DNA of 64,000 nt from the NCBI RefSeq assembly GCF_006345805.1, contig NC_042998.1:158596001-158660000 (forward strand), given 5' to 3'. Below the pieces are notes generated by a model. It did no database searches. It had not been told where the DNA came from and was given only the letters and a program-made list of their open reading frames with translations. The DNA is from Octopus sinensis. Its lineage: Eukaryota. This document shows, piece after piece, positions 27,372 through 42,972 of this stretch (its first letter is position 1; every line of letters starts with the position of its first letter). The position numbers and the translations under genes were made by a program.

Positions 27372-27415
<44 letters not shown>

Positions 27416-27421
27416 CATATA

Positions 27422-27455
<34 letters not shown>

Positions 27456-30145
27456 CATACCATATATACACATACTTAACACAAAATTACACGCTACATA
27501 CACATACACAACATATGACATACATACATACATACATACATACATACATACAAATACATACATACATAGCAAGCATACATACACTCGCTTGTATTTCAAC
27601 TCTGTCCATTGTACAAATTAAAGATTAGTAATTGGCATTTTTTACTCGTCTATTAAAACCAAACTACGTGAAATTGAATGATTCTTGAAAAAAAAAATGA
27701 AATTTCTGCAATTCAGTCAGCCATTCCACTTTGCCCCCTCAAGAAACAATTGGAATGCATTCTGCTTTATTCTTTTATTTTTATACATTTTCTAAATACC
27801 TTTTTTCCTTCTCCTAACCCAAATATTATACTCGCATTCAAATTCCTTGTTCTTATTATATTAATAATTTTTCAAAATTTTTATTCTCTATTTCAAAATA
27901 TTCTCAGAATGTCCTAATTTGTAAGGAATGAGTATTATGCAGTGCACGAGTCGATTGAATAAGATGTAGTAAATTACTTGCACTTTAATCGAGAGATGAA
28001 AGGAAAAGCGAACCGTTCAGAATTTTGAATCTAACAAGTAAAGGGACATAATTTTATAACGCTACATTGAGATTATGCATGTCTCATTTAAAATTTTAAG
28101 ACTGTAGAAGATATCATGTCGACTTCAGTACACTTGACTGGCGCGTTATTTCTATTCTCTTGAAAGAATGCAAGACAAGGTTGACCACGGCGAGATTTGA
28201 ACTCAATATGAAAATATGGCCTTTCTTTAATTCTAACCAGTGCTAATAACTGAAATTTTGCTCGGGCTAAAGTATAGTGTAACAATTTTATATTTTATTC
28301 TGTACTATTAAAATTTCTTCAATTTCTAAAATAGTACTTACATTCGCATTTCGTTAACATAATAATAAGGGTCGATGAAATAAGTATTAGTTACGCACTG
28401 GGGTCGATGTAATCGACCAGCTCCCTTCTCCCAAAAATTTTCAAGGCTTTGTGCCTAGAGTAGAAATAATCAATATAGTAATAGATTATATAATAGATAT
28501 AAGAACATTATCAGCTTCGTTTCTGAAATATAAAATTATTATATTCGAAACCCGTTGTGAAAATTACTCAACCAAATAGATTATCTCCCACTTTACTTAA
28601 TTTTGCATCACCTTTCTCAAATTAGCTGTGCCACTTAATATGAAGCACTTTCAAGCACCTTGTTATGCCATGACCTTAATTTTCTTCTCTAAGGATGTGT
28701 GGAGTACAAGCCAAGTTTAATTGCTTCGTTGTGTAATCAAAAATCTTAGTGGGATTTAGCATGCAAGGTAAGTTAACGGCCAAAAAGTTTATGGGAAGGG
28801 ATTAGCTGATGATTAAATTGACCACAAAATTTAATGTTTTAAATGATTTCACAGCATTATTAGTCCTTTAAACATGGTAACAGTTAGTCGATCACAGCAT
28901 GTTTTAAAACCAGTGCGTAAGCGGTCGTAAGTAAAAAGCAAGTACTGAACCGATTCTGCCAACCACTCACCTTAATCAGTCACTACGGAACGCAGACATA
29001 TCCATTCAAGATTTCAGTACCCAGTTCTTAAATACAAATCTATTTCTTGTTGAGGAATTTCATGTTTGAAGCTATTTTCTGTTGAGATATGTCACATTTA
29101 TCGAGGTAACGTGACTATGCAGTAAATACCAATTCTATTTTTGTTAAATATCTAACATCATTACTGGAATAACCATGAAATTTAATTTTGCAGTTAAAAT
29201 GTTAAATGAATTCGACGAGTTGACAATCTGCAGAGTGTTTTACTAAAAATGGCTTATGGTATTTGTGTCCTGTTATAATGTGTCCTATTACAATGTGACC
29301 GTAAAATAAGTACAGGACAAGGATTTCTACCAATAAAATTGATTACACTTCACTCGACAAACCACTTAGTATAAGTCGAATCAAACTTAAAGTATTAGGT
29401 ACCTGTGACATATTAGAGCTACATTATAACCAGGTACCAATGGAGCATGGTACGGTTGCTCAAACTCTTAGGACATAACAACAGCATTTTCCACAAACCG
29501 CATACCACCGATTAAATAACGAAGGACAGATTAGATAAATTTGTCCCCGACATATTAAATAATAGGACTGTCGTGGCTGGAGAGCCATGGTCATAGGTTT
29601 ACTCGATCAGAATCAACTTAGAGCTATACTTAAACACCAGCAAGAGCTATGTCTCCATTCTAAAAACCTACTTTGTGCCTGCTTAATCAAAATAAATGAA
29701 TAAATATTTGGCAGCATTAACAGAGACGAATTCTATATAAAGATGGCGAGTAAATTTGATTTGTAATTTGGATGATAAAATTGGTTTGCTCCTTTGATTT
29801 TCCTTTATTGTTTTTATATATATTTTCGAACTTGTTTTTTGCTAATTATTTATATTTTTAAATTTTGACAGATTGTCTAATGATTGGCTGAAAATTAATA
29901 TCATTACGATTAAAATTTCTCAATTCTTCATCCACATTTCAATTTCCCCACTTTTTTTTTAATACTTTACATTTTTCTTTAGAATGTTCTCTTGATTTCT
30001 TGCGGTTGTTTTATTTCCCAGAATTTCGAAATATGAACACAATGTTCAAACATTCATTATTTTGCATGGATAAACACAGTCAATCTCTCTCTCTCTCTCT
30101 CTGTCTATGTGAGGAAGAGACAGTGGTAGAGTATGCATGAGTTAT

Positions 30146-30192
<47 letters not shown>

Positions 30193-30573
30193 TATGTGTG
30201 TGTGTGTGTGCGTGTGTGTGAGTTTGTATGTGTGTGTGTGGGTGTATGTGTGAGTGCATGCAAGTGTATTTGCGCGTATGTGAGAAAGAGAGAGAAAAAT
30301 ATATATATATATAGAGAGAGAGAGCAAGAGGGTGAGAGAAGGAGAGAGAAAGAGTATGTTTGAGTTGTCAACGTCAAAAAAGAGAGTAGATAGAATGTTG
30401 GCATGTAAAATGTGTCCAGACATTTATTTACAACAGCGCATAGTTTCCATGAGAGCAGGACGGTGGTGCTGGTTTTAGCTGATAAACACAAGAGGTAAGG
30501 GGCGAAATCACTGTGAGGAGAATTATAAAATACATAAAAGAAAGCAATATGTGTGTGTATCCATATGTATAGC

Positions 30574-30609
30574 TGTCTGATGATCGGTTGTGTGAAACTC
30601 TGAGTAACA
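30574..30609 (+). ncRNA. Possible decayed minimal hammerhead
   Basis: UGU-CUGAUGA-ucgguugugu-GAAAC UCUGA GUA-ACA; both core halves and a short stem I present, stem III is ACUC(U)GAGU, stem II barely pairs. Confidence 0.35.
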
Positions 30610-30683
30610 ATATATGATGTTTTCAGCTTCAATAAAACACTACACCACACACACACACACATACACACACACACACACACATG

Positions 30684-30749
<66 letters not shown>

Positions 30750-31054
30750 TACAAGAATCAATGTGTATTTAGAATCGTGCTTTTTTTCATACCAATGTTT
30801 GCTACATTACCATTCGATGAAGATTTCGATACGATAGAGTCATCCTATGAAATTCATGCTTCAGTATAATATATATCAAAATTTATATGTTTACTATGAT
30901 ATGTGTTGGTCTTAATTTACGTATGCTCCTTGTATAGCAATTAGGTTTCAATTAGGTTTCAGTATATTCATTATATTCTCGGTTGAACAGTTTGCCTTCC
31001 CAATGTAAATGATATGCAGGATGTCTTCCGAACACAAATCCAGGAAAATACCTA

Positions 31055-31780
<726 letters not shown>

Positions 31781-32009
31781 TTTAAAAACACAGGAAAGAA
31801 GCTAACACTGCAAATACATTCAATTTAACACGATCACACTGCTTTCATGTGAAAATACAGGGCTTGCCGCAAGTAGAAAAAATTTATAAATAAATTACAG
31901 CAAACTCTTTTAAAGGAAAAGAAAGAAAGAACGAAAGAAAGAAAATATTCGGTAAAAAATCTATTGAATTAAGACAGAAAATAATTAAGAAAATGAAAAA
32001 AAAAAAAAA

Positions 32010-32039
32010 CGAAACGATGTATATATATATATGTGTATG

Positions 32040-32122
<83 letters not shown>

Positions 32123-32127
32123 TATAT

Positions 32128-32164
<37 letters not shown>

Positions 32165-32289
32165 ATATATATATACATATACATATATATTATATATACA
32201 TATATATATGCGTATATATATATATGTGTGTGTGTATATATATATATATATATTATATATATATATATATATTATATATATATATATTA

Positions 32290-32372
<83 letters not shown>

Positions 32373-32400
32373 ATATATATTATATATATATATATATATG
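32010..32400. repeat. Long imperfect (TA)n tract, representative of dozens in the window
   Basis: Read directly from the sequence. Confidence 0.95.
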
Positions 32401-32732
32401 TAATGATGGAAGAAATAATAAGAATAAATAAAATAAGAAGACAACCAGTAAAATAAGCGAAACTGAAGTTCGAAATACAGGAGAAAGTTAATAAAACAAA
32501 AGACGTAAAGTTTCTGAAAGACCATTAATCGAAAGTTTGTTTGTTTGTTGGCGGTTTGTGTTTTCTTCCTTGCTTTCTTTTGCTTTCGCCTTAAGAAAAT
32601 CAAACGGAAGGAAGTGGAATTCTTTTTACAAAGGAAAATGAAAAACGATTTCTGATCGAATTCTACATAGTTCTCTATCTCTCTCTCTCTCTAGCCAGCC
32701 TATTTTCCGTATATGTGTGTGTGTGTGTGTGT

Positions 32733-32770
<38 letters not shown>

Positions 32771-34326
32771 CATGCTTGTTGCGATCATTTCAATTTATTT
32801 TGGGACTTTTTGATTCTCTCTCTTTTTCTAAGTACATTCTATGCAATTATCACTACAGTCTACACACACATACACTCACACACGCACACACACGCACATG
32901 TATGATGTATGTACATTTGTGTGTGTGTGTACATATGTACATTCATATATTTATATATAAGTATGAATGTGTATGTCTGCTGTATCTATTTATCTTTGCA
33001 CTTTCTATTTTTCTTAAGATTTCCTATCTCTCAACTAAGCTGTAGAAACTATTACTTAGACTGCAAAAGAAAGGAGAAATTCATTACCATGCAAGACATT
33101 GCAAAACTCTTGCTATGTGTTTGATTAAGATTGCTCATTGGTCTTCACCATTTTTGTTTAAAGCCTTTTTCATAAATCACCTGATCTAATTTTGTGTTTC
33201 TTTGCACATTTTTATTCTGAATCTACACTCACATGCGAACTCGCGCACACGCACATCGTTTCCACTTTGTACTTTTTTTTTCGCACTCCCTTCCTCTCTA
33301 ACTTTTTCTAAAGCTATTAAGAACTCAATTTATAGAGAAATAGTTTGCCCAGGACCCGAATGATTTCGCTTTCGTTTTCGAATATTCAAGGAATATTTCG
33401 ATTAAACTGTTAACGCTTATTATTAGCAAATATTGAGAATGAACGTAGTAATTATGGGCTATATTCTACAGGTTATAAACAAAGACATCTTTAATAAGCA
33501 CGCATGCTATGTATTGGTTAACTTTTAAATATATTTATTAATTCATACACTGTGAAGTGTTGTCTGTGATTATTTACGATGTGACGACTTCTGGCGAATC
33601 TGCTAAAGAAGATATTGTTATACTTGGGGATGTTCTCTTTTTTTTTTTTTAACAAATTATACACACGTCTGTCAAAGTTCTTTCGTCCCACAGAATGTGA
33701 GACGAAAGTACCTTGACAAACGTATAAACTAAAAGCAATACGAATAAAACTTAAGTGATGCTCAAATAAATAGTGCGTGTGTTTAATTGGGGGGAAAATG
33801 ACCATATCCATGTATAACATTATTTGCTTCAACACGCATGTTCACGTCAAGAATCTTCCAAACCAAATACGTAAACGAAAAAGAAGAGTTTAAGGGATAT
33901 TCTAAGAATATCCTGAAGCCATTCTTCATATGCTTTGAACTTTAAATAATTAAATACTCGTATCGTTTATATTTATGTTGACGGTCACTAATTAACGATA
34001 TTTAGATAGATGATTTAAGACAGCGAAATTAAGAGTATTTGTTACTGTTATGAATTTATCGAGTGGGAGCGGCGTTCATTAACTTTTCTGGAGACCCATA
34101 AATAAGTGTGAGAAAGAGAGGGGTATTGTATTGGCCTGAATGTTCGGTCTTCAGTAAAGGTAGTTATGGGACAGGATGCGGTGTCAAATTAGGTTATGGT
34201 TTTAATTACATTAACTAGCCATATTCTAAGCTTCGAAGATTCGATTTTATATCGGTTCTCAGTTGATAAAATTTCCTTTCTCTTACCCGAAATACTATTG
34301 ATGAAATAGTATTACTTATTCTTCAA

Positions 34327-34905
34327 TGCGGCGAGCTGGCAGAAACGTTAGCACGCCAGGCGAAATGCGTAGCCGTATTTCGTCTGCCGTTACGGTCTGA
34401 GTTCAAATTCCGCCGAGGTCGACTTAACCTTTCATTCTTTCGGGGTCGATAAATTAGCACAAGTTGCGTACTGGTCGGTCTAATCGTCTGGCCCCTCCCC
34501 CCCCCCAAATTTCGGGCCTTGTGCCTTGAGTAGAAAAGAATATTTTCAAATATTTTCCGCGTATTTATACGTATTGTTTAGTTGTATATTTATATAATTG
34601 CCTTTCATTCTTTCGGGGTCGATAAATTAAGTTAAGTTAAGCACTGGGGTCGATGAAATCGACTTAATCCGTTTGTCTGTCCTTGTTTGTCCCCTCTGTG
34701 TTTAGCCCCTTGTGGGTAGTAAAGAAATAGGTATTTCGTCTGTCTTTACGTTCTGAGTCCAAATTCCGCCGCGGTTGACTTTGGACTTTGCCTTTCATCC
34801 TTTCGGGATCGATAAATTAAGCACCAATTGCGTACTGAGGTCGATCTAATCGACTAACCCCCTTCCCAAAAATTTCGGGCCTTATTCCCAGAGTAGAGAA
34901 GAATA
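34327..34905 (+). mobile_element. Cluster of three family B SINE pieces (34327-34600, 34601-34730, 34731-34905)
   Basis: Repeated gtcgac...cctttc...ggggtcgataaatt core, just upstream of the NR2E3 exon. Confidence 0.85.
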
Positions 34906-35271
34906 TCATTTATGTTTCTCAAATGTTAGGATTATGTATTATCCTCCAAATTAAACTAACGTTGTAGCCATTTCTGTAGATAATTTTTGTCTAATATGCA
35001 TCTAATATTTGAGAAAATGCAATGGACTTTAGAATTGGTAGAATACTTGACTATTCTGCTACGCCTATTTACTGTCCGAGTTTAACACTCAACCTGTTTT
35101 TTTTTTTTCCTTGGAAAACATAAAAGAAATACCAGTCTGTTAGTGGGACCGACTAAATCAGTGCACCCCTACTTTAAAGGAACATCTTTATGTCAAAGTT
35201 ATAAATTGTTATTTTGTATTAAGTTATCTTTAAATAGTTTATCATTGTGCTCTTCTTTTCTGTTTTCAAAG

Positions 35272-35377
35272 ATACCCGAGGTTTAAAGGATCCCCACCAA
35301 GTAGAAAACCTGCAGGATCAAGCACAAGTGATGCTTGGTCAACATATTCACACTCAGCATCCAACACAACCAATCAG
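35272..35377 (+). CDS. NR2E3: Penultimate coding exon of NR2E3/PNR nuclear receptor (ligand-binding domain)
   Basis: Acceptor ttttctgttttcaaag, donor gtaagt; 106 nt, phase 1 to phase 2. Translates (D)[34 protein letters not shown](R), matching human NR2E3 [36 protein letters not shown]. Not in the ORF track. Confidence 0.93.
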
Positions 35378-36354
35378 GTAAGTTACAAAAGAAAAAAGAA
35401 ACAGTTCTTTCTTACATACTAATAACTGACACTTCTACTCGTAGAAGAATTAGTGCACCAGACTAAATATTTTAGATTATTCTAACAAATCTTTTACCAT
35501 TTCTTTCAAAAATGTTTTAATATTTAATCATATCTCTCTCTATTTTGACCGTTAACATCACCATTTACTTTTTTCATATCCCAAACCGCTAGGACATAAA
35601 TACTAGAGACAGGATGGAAATCGAAATACTCGCAGCATAAATACAGACTGAATGTTCAAAACATAACCTCAGCTCATAGAAGGACTTCAGTGTCAACTAA
35701 TTAAAATTGTCACTTTCATGAACAATTGAACCTCTATGCAGTGACCCGACCTGCTAGAATTAACAGCCAAATCGCCCCACCAATAGTAACACCCAAGTTA
35801 CAAGAAATTAAAGACTGGCTTATATAGTCCCCATCACACAAAGAAGATGGGTTACACATGGGTGAAATGCATTTCATTAAAAATAGTGTGCATCACGAGG
35901 ACAGAAGAAGGGTTAAACAACAACAGTATCTGTTTCTCCGTCTTATTTCTCTATGCCAATTTTTAATTTTCTATCAACATACTTACATTGCTCATGCTTC
36001 TACAATATCCAATGCAGGATGTGTGCCATAACCTTATTATCACTGATTGTGTTATAACATTGGCGATAAACAGTCAAGATAACTGATAATTTCACCACCT
36101 CACCTGCCCTCCCCATTTTCTCTCTTTCTTTCTCATTCCCCTTCTCTCTATTTTTTACCATATTTTCCTTATTTTTCGTTTAGTTTTTCAATGTTATTCC
36201 AAATAATTATACTGTTTTGTTGATTTGTTTTGTTTGTCAACAGTAATGACATTTTTATGTCCCTCTTGACAAACAAATGTGTCCTAGAAAGAAATACACG
36301 TGAACGATAAAACTGCAACCCTTGGAAATAAATCTCATATACATACACACGTAC

Positions 36355-36385
<31 letters not shown>

Positions 36386-36415
36386 TGTATGTATGTATGT
36401 ATGTATGTATGTATG

Positions 36416-36446
<31 letters not shown>

Positions 36447-36938
36447 GCATATATATATGTATATATGTGTGTGTATGTTCATTAATACTATAGAACGAGA
36501 GAAAAAGTACTTAATGCATGTTATATGTGTATACACACACACGCGCACAGAAAGACACTTATGAAGCATGTGTATGTGTGTGTGTGTGTGGTGTGTGTGT
36601 GTGTTGTGTGTGTGTGTGTGAACGTTGCGGGCAAAGTTAAGCATAAGGTGACACACGTGTTTTCACATATGCACATGCATACTCACACAGAAATCGACTT
36701 GAGTTAAGAGGTTACATAAAAAACAAAAAAAAGATTGGGAAAATTTTTGTTTGTTTGTGCCCATGCACTAAAACGTCGATTAGTATTATACTGTATGCAA
36801 TATGCACGTGTCCACCATACTTGGATTTTGGAAGCGGTTGAGGTAAATCAAATAGCAGGCTGGAAAAGGAAGAGGAAAGCGAAGAAAGGAAGGAGAAAGC
36901 GAAGAGAAGGAGAAAGCGAAGAGAAGCAGAAAGAGAGA

Positions 36939-36975
<37 letters not shown>

Positions 36976-38744
36976 ATAAGAGCTGATTAAGAGCACGCTC
37001 AGGTCGCCATAACTTTTGGAAAGTGCAAATACTCGATGAAAATGAAGCGATCTGGAAGATGTGTAAGGGGTTGTGAGGAGAAAGGTGACTATAGTCTTGT
37101 AACCATTAAACCATCAGTGAGAAAAAGGCTAAATTAATCAAAACTTTGGTGAAATTCTGCTTGATTCCCGACTTGTTCACCGTCTTCGTTTCCCGGAGAC
37201 AAGCCGCGTGCTTTACAGTCGAACCACGTGCCAAAATGGTAAAGGAAGAGAAGAAAACCGAAATAGGGTTCCTGGGTGTTTGTGGGGAAAGGGGATTTGC
37301 TTACAACTACTTTTCCACATTCTAACAGTGAAACTGTCTATTGTCTTCATTACGCCTCAGCCGTCGGCCAATCTGTAGAGCACAAGGTAGGTTTGACAGG
37401 CCAATTGACTAACCGAAAACAAAAACAAGAACAGCATATTTAGTAAAGATAATGATAATAATAATAATAATAATAATAATAATATAATAATAATAATAAT
37501 AATGGCAGTGATGATGATAGTGTGGGGGAGGGGGAGGATGTCGACAACCACTATGGTGACATTGAGTCAATTCTGTAAGTCTTATCGTTTAATTTCAGCA
37601 CTTAGAAATTTCCCAGGAGAGAGTGTCGAGGGTCGTCTTTGTAATTGAATTTATGTCAATATATCTTAAATTTATTGAGTCAAGGGATCTGAAACCGTCA
37701 GCTTTGTACACTGACTCCATCGATCACAAGCTGATTAGCCAAGATGTCACAGTATTGCTAACAACGCTCGCGAACTGAGTTGGATCTATCATTTTTAACA
37801 CGAATGCCACACTAATGAAAGCAGTATTAAAACTCACACTTTGCAAAACGATTTTCTTGTTTTTATTTTATTTTGTTTTCTCAATTTCCTTAAAATAAAT
37901 CTTTGATTAAAGTTGGTAGATGAAAAATAACGAAGAAAAGTAATGCAATTATAAATTGTAGAATGATAGCTAATTTTATGGGTGAAGGAAAAATGCATTT
38001 GCGAATTAACAAAAGCGACTGTAGTGCATGTACAATAGTGTACTGTGTTGGGATGAATGTGTTAGCTCACAAACTGAATAAATGAGATTTAAAACTTAAT
38101 TGAGAATAAACCCAATACATCAGTTACTATACTTAAAAAATGAAAATTTAACAACCGAGTAGAAAAACAGTTTACATACATGAATAGCTTATGGCGAATA
38201 CTAAATTTATTTTCTGGTGTGAAAAATATACGAGAATAGAAAAGTTGTAGCTAAATGTATAGAAATGACCGCAATTGACGCTATACAGAGCATCCTTTTA
38301 TACTTAACACACATTGATTCTTGAAAAAAAAAGATTGAAGATTACCCGCACATTTTCACTTTTCTTTATTCATAAAATCTGTGTTTTCTGTACTTGCTGT
38401 GGTTTTTAGTCACGGTCAGCTCTAGTCGATCAGAAATATATTCATAGGGACTCTAGCTATGATGAGTCCATCTGTTTAGACATACTGTTGCACAGAGGAC
38501 ATTGTCAAATATAGCCTTACTTTTTGAAAGAGAAGAAGGAGTGCTTTGAAAGAGATTTGACTGTTATTTTCTGCAGGACGAACAACCACGTAGAGACCTG
38601 TGTGGGGAACTTGTACCATCAAGGTTTTATAAAACTAATCAAGGTTTTATAAAACTAGTTGAATGTAATGCCACTGTAACAATATATTTATATAAATGTG
38701 CAAGTGTATGTTGTTTATATATGTATACTCACACGCATACACGC

Positions 38745-38781
<37 letters not shown>

Positions 38782-41700
38782 TTAATTGAGTGTTTTATTT
38801 ATATAGCAAAAACTCAGATTTTTAAACGGTATAGTTGGTCGACTGGAACTTATTTTATCTATCGATTCCCAAAGAATGGAATCAACGATGGAATCAATTT
38901 TTGATATGCGTTCTAGATGACAAGTTTGTGAAAGAACAGTTGATGACATCGACAGCTCTGTTTAAATAGTACTTATTTTATACACCTTGGAAGGATGTAA
39001 AGGAAAACCTGGCTCGTATTGAAAAAAAATAAACGCAGCTTCAAACTGAACTGCTGCGCCGTATTGTCTAAAGCTGAAGAACATTCTACGGCATTCAACA
39101 ACGTATTTGTTGAGTATTTCTTGAATATTTATAGAAAATTGAGTGCACTAATGGAAGAGTGTGGAGACACATGGTTTAGTGATCAGGGTGTTTGACCCAT
39201 GATCGTAAGACCATGATTTCATTTCCTGGACCGAGCGATGCGTTGTGTTCCAGAGCAAAACACTTCAATTCACGTTGCTCCATTACAATCTACAGGCAAA
39301 AACGAGTAATTCTGTGACGAACTGACGTCTCGTCCAGTTGATAAATATATACGCCTCGAAAACCTGCCATATGAGTCTATATCACTCGGCAAGGATCTTT
39401 ACACTCTCTTTTTTTTTTTAACCAAGGGGTACCAAAGTAAGGCATCAAGTAATCAGTTTACTCCTATTACGTTCTAGCTACAAATGTTATTGGATCAGAT
39501 CGTTTACGGTTTCAATGTACTTCAGTCTAGCAATTAATGAATATCATAAACACATGGTCATTGACTAGTCTGACTGCACCCACTCTACTTGCATGTAATT
39601 AGTTGTAGTATTTTTCTGAAGTCGACGAAATGGCATAACCTTTAGCACACCGGGCAAAATGCTTAGCAGCATTTCGTCCGTCTTGACGGTCTAAGATCAA
39701 ATTCTGCCGAGGTCGACTTTGCTTTTTAGCCTTTCGAGGTCGATAAAATAAGTTCCAGCCAAATACTGGGGTCGATGTTATCAACTTCCCTCTCAACTCA
39801 AAAACTGCTCTCCGCCAACATTTGAATTAATTATTCTGTACTTAAGGCGGCAACTTGGTAGAATCATTTGCAAAATGTACAAAATGCTTAGCAGCATTTC
39901 TTTCGGCTCTTTACAACGTCCTGGGTTCGACTTCCACCGATGCCGACTTTGCCTTTTATGTTTTCAGAGACGATAAAATATGTACCAGTTAAACAGAGCG
40001 GTCGATGTAATCGACATACCCTTAAAATCCCTGGTCTCGCGCCAAAATTTGAAAACTAATATTTATTCTGTAATTTATCACCATTCTGTAAAGTTTTCGA
40101 GCAGTAGATTGACAGAAACATTCGGAGTTCAAACTTAGCTAGTGCTGACTTAATTTTTCCCGCTTTGAATTCAAGAAAATACATACTAAGTGTTTAAGAG
40201 GCCTGGCGTAATCGTGTAATCATTATATTTTAGAAATGTGTAATGTTTGACAAATGTAAAAACGTATATTTCTCCAGAATTTTATCGTTCAAAGTATATT
40301 TTCAACCAGTTGCAAAATAAAGTTGATTATAAATTTCAAATGAAATTTTATTGTAAAATGAATGTATTGTTTAACCCCGCCCTGTGTTTATTTTATTGGG
40401 AGCATTGCACCAGGTTTACTATTTCTCCCTACATTTAACTCTTCCAGCCACAGAAGCAATACTATACGTCATGAGCACTGTCTTTCCTCTCTGTCTAAGC
40501 AATTAATAATGGTCAATCGCAGAAAAATAAATTCTTTAGAAGCATGAGAGAAATATTTTAGTAATAGCTGACAAAACGTGTTATTTTATGCCTGCACTGA
40601 TACAGAATCCGAGTATTCAGGAGACTTTAAAAGCTGTACTGGGTTATTTATGTACCAACTCATTTTGTAAAAGACTGAATAATATTGATTTCAAATTTTG
40701 GCACGAAAGATCTGCAATTTCTGGGTAGTTTATTAAGCCGATTACATTGATCCAAGTACTCAAATGGTACTTATTTTATCTGCTCCTAGAGGATGAAAGG
40801 CAAAGACAACCTCGGCAGAATTTGAACGCAGAACGTGAGCACGGACGAAATGCTGCTCAGCATTTTGCCCGATGTGCTTGCAATTCTACCAGCATATCAG
40901 CTTTCATAAAGGCGGACGAAATGCCGCTACGCATTTTGTCAGAAGAGCTAACGATTTTGCGATCTCCACCGTACAACCTTGAAATATTAATTATTAATTC
41001 TGAATCTATAGCTTAAAATCTCAACAGTTGAGTTTCGAATGTCTCAGTAAGCTTTTTATTTTTTACGGAATCATGTCAATGTAAAGCACTGATTCGTTCA
41101 GTAGATGCTTGGCAGAGTGTTGTAAGCCCATTGGGTCGAGACGAATATCAAAGGACAACTATGACAGAGCGTCGGATATTATGTGGTTTCTTGATATTTT
41201 TTAGAAGTAAAATGCTTACACATAATATTTCAAACGCATTTCGGAAAAGAATATCCTTGACGGAATTAAAGTATGACTTAGATATTGTGAGTAGAAACAT
41301 AACTGATGTTGGGCCAAGGTCCAATAAAGTTTCATTATATTAGTTCTCACTTGCTTCAGTAAATCCCATAAAACTCTAACATAGGGACATTCATCTACGC
41401 AAATATCTAAAATGAGCGATTTCTGGGTAGGATAATAGTTTACAGTGTAAAATTATCTTCTGATTGATTAAATTAATCTATATTTTAATAATATATGGAG
41501 AATGGGCGCTTGCAGAATGCCATTCTGTTGAAGAGTGCTTCCTTACAAACTTTGAACACTTTTCACGTAAGGCTATCGGAATTTTATGAAAGAGAAATTG
41601 CAAGTATAGTTTCAAAGAGTTAACAGTATATACTAGACAACTATTTCACTTTCAAAAGTTTTTGTTTTGTATGCTTAGGACTGGCTAAAATTAATGATCT

Positions 41701-41862
41701 ATGCATTAATTATTTTAGTTTCAACAGTTTCATGTCAAATCACTTGCCAGACAAGAACAGCCCCGAGAAATTGTGAATGTTTGTCTTTAAATTGTTTCTT
41801 CTAAAAGAGATTAACAAAACGTTAAATCAAATTAACACATCTTTCATATTTATTTTCTTCAG
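35378..41862 (+). other. 6485-nt GT-AG intron of NR2E3
   Basis: gtaagt at 35378, ag at 41861-41862; the reading frame is preserved across the junction. Confidence 0.9.
39605..40055. mobile_element. Divergent pair of family B SINEs (39605-39810 -, 39845-40055 +); further copies at 28150-28470, 40690-40975 -, 44410-44605 +, 60340-60485 +
   Basis: Same core motif. Confidence 0.75.
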
Positions 41863-41995
41863 GTTTGGTCGACTTTTACTGATGCTTCCTGCTCTTCGCT
41901 ATGTCTCACCAGACCGGATCGAGAAAGTTTTCTTCCGACGGACTATCGGAAACACTCCGATGAACCGGCTACTATGCGACATGTTTAAAAGCTAA
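41863..41995 (+). CDS. NR2E3: Terminal coding exon of NR2E3/PNR (LBD C-terminus, AF-2 helix, stop)
   Basis: Acceptor tttattttcttcag; 133 nt; splices in frame to the 35272-35377 exon (AG|G = Arg). Translates (R)[43 protein letters not shown]; TIGNTPMxxLLCDMFK is PNR-type rather than TLX (TIGNVPITRLLSDMYK). Confidence 0.93.
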
Positions 41996-42095
41996 ACACT
42001 TCCAATTCAAAGTTTGGGGACTGTAGTTCAAACCCGATCTAATTCTCTTTCTCTCTCTATCGCACTCACTCTCACTATTTCTCCTTTTATCACCT

Positions 42096-42139
<44 letters not shown>

Positions 42140-42325
42140 ACTCTCATGACTTACAGTATTAGTGACCTTTGAACGTTGTCTTTTTTCATACGATGTATCA
42201 TACACCTTATCTACTAATATACATATCTACTTTTTCTCCCTCACATGTAACTCGTGAATTGACTCAATATTATCGTCAATATAATTATATCGCCTTACCC
42301 ACCCCGATACACATTTACTTACATC

Positions 42326-42377
<52 letters not shown>

Positions 42378-42845
42378 TACAATCATATAAGGAATATCAG
42401 TTCAATATTAATCACGATAACATTCACATACAAAACATGTTTGTCTTTCTCATTGGCTTATGAATAGTTCTTGAATGCAAACAAAAAAACACTGCACACA
42501 CAGACCTGTATATGGATGGTGATGTAATCAACCAAATATCTGCAACATTTGCTTCCATCAATGGACACTTAACTCATTCACAAATTTATGTACAAGAGCA
42601 GTGTATAGTGTCGTTTTTCGTACAGTATGTGGCGGTGCCTGGTGGTAAAATAAAAGGCACAAAATAGCTGTAAATTCAGTTTTAGGGAAAAAATTACACA
42701 TTGAAATTACTCAAAAATAGATCGAAAATTATATGACTTGACTGGAATCGATCACTTCACAGTAAAACTTATGTAGAGTAACATTTAAACCGAATATCAC
42801 TGAAGACATTGAAAGAACATTACCCTTAGAATGTGCTTTTGAAAG

Positions 42846-42881
<36 letters not shown>

Positions 42882-42899
42882 TATATATATGTATGTATG

Positions 42900-42933
<34 letters not shown>

Positions 42934-42939
42934 ATAAAC

Positions 42940-42972
<33 letters not shown>

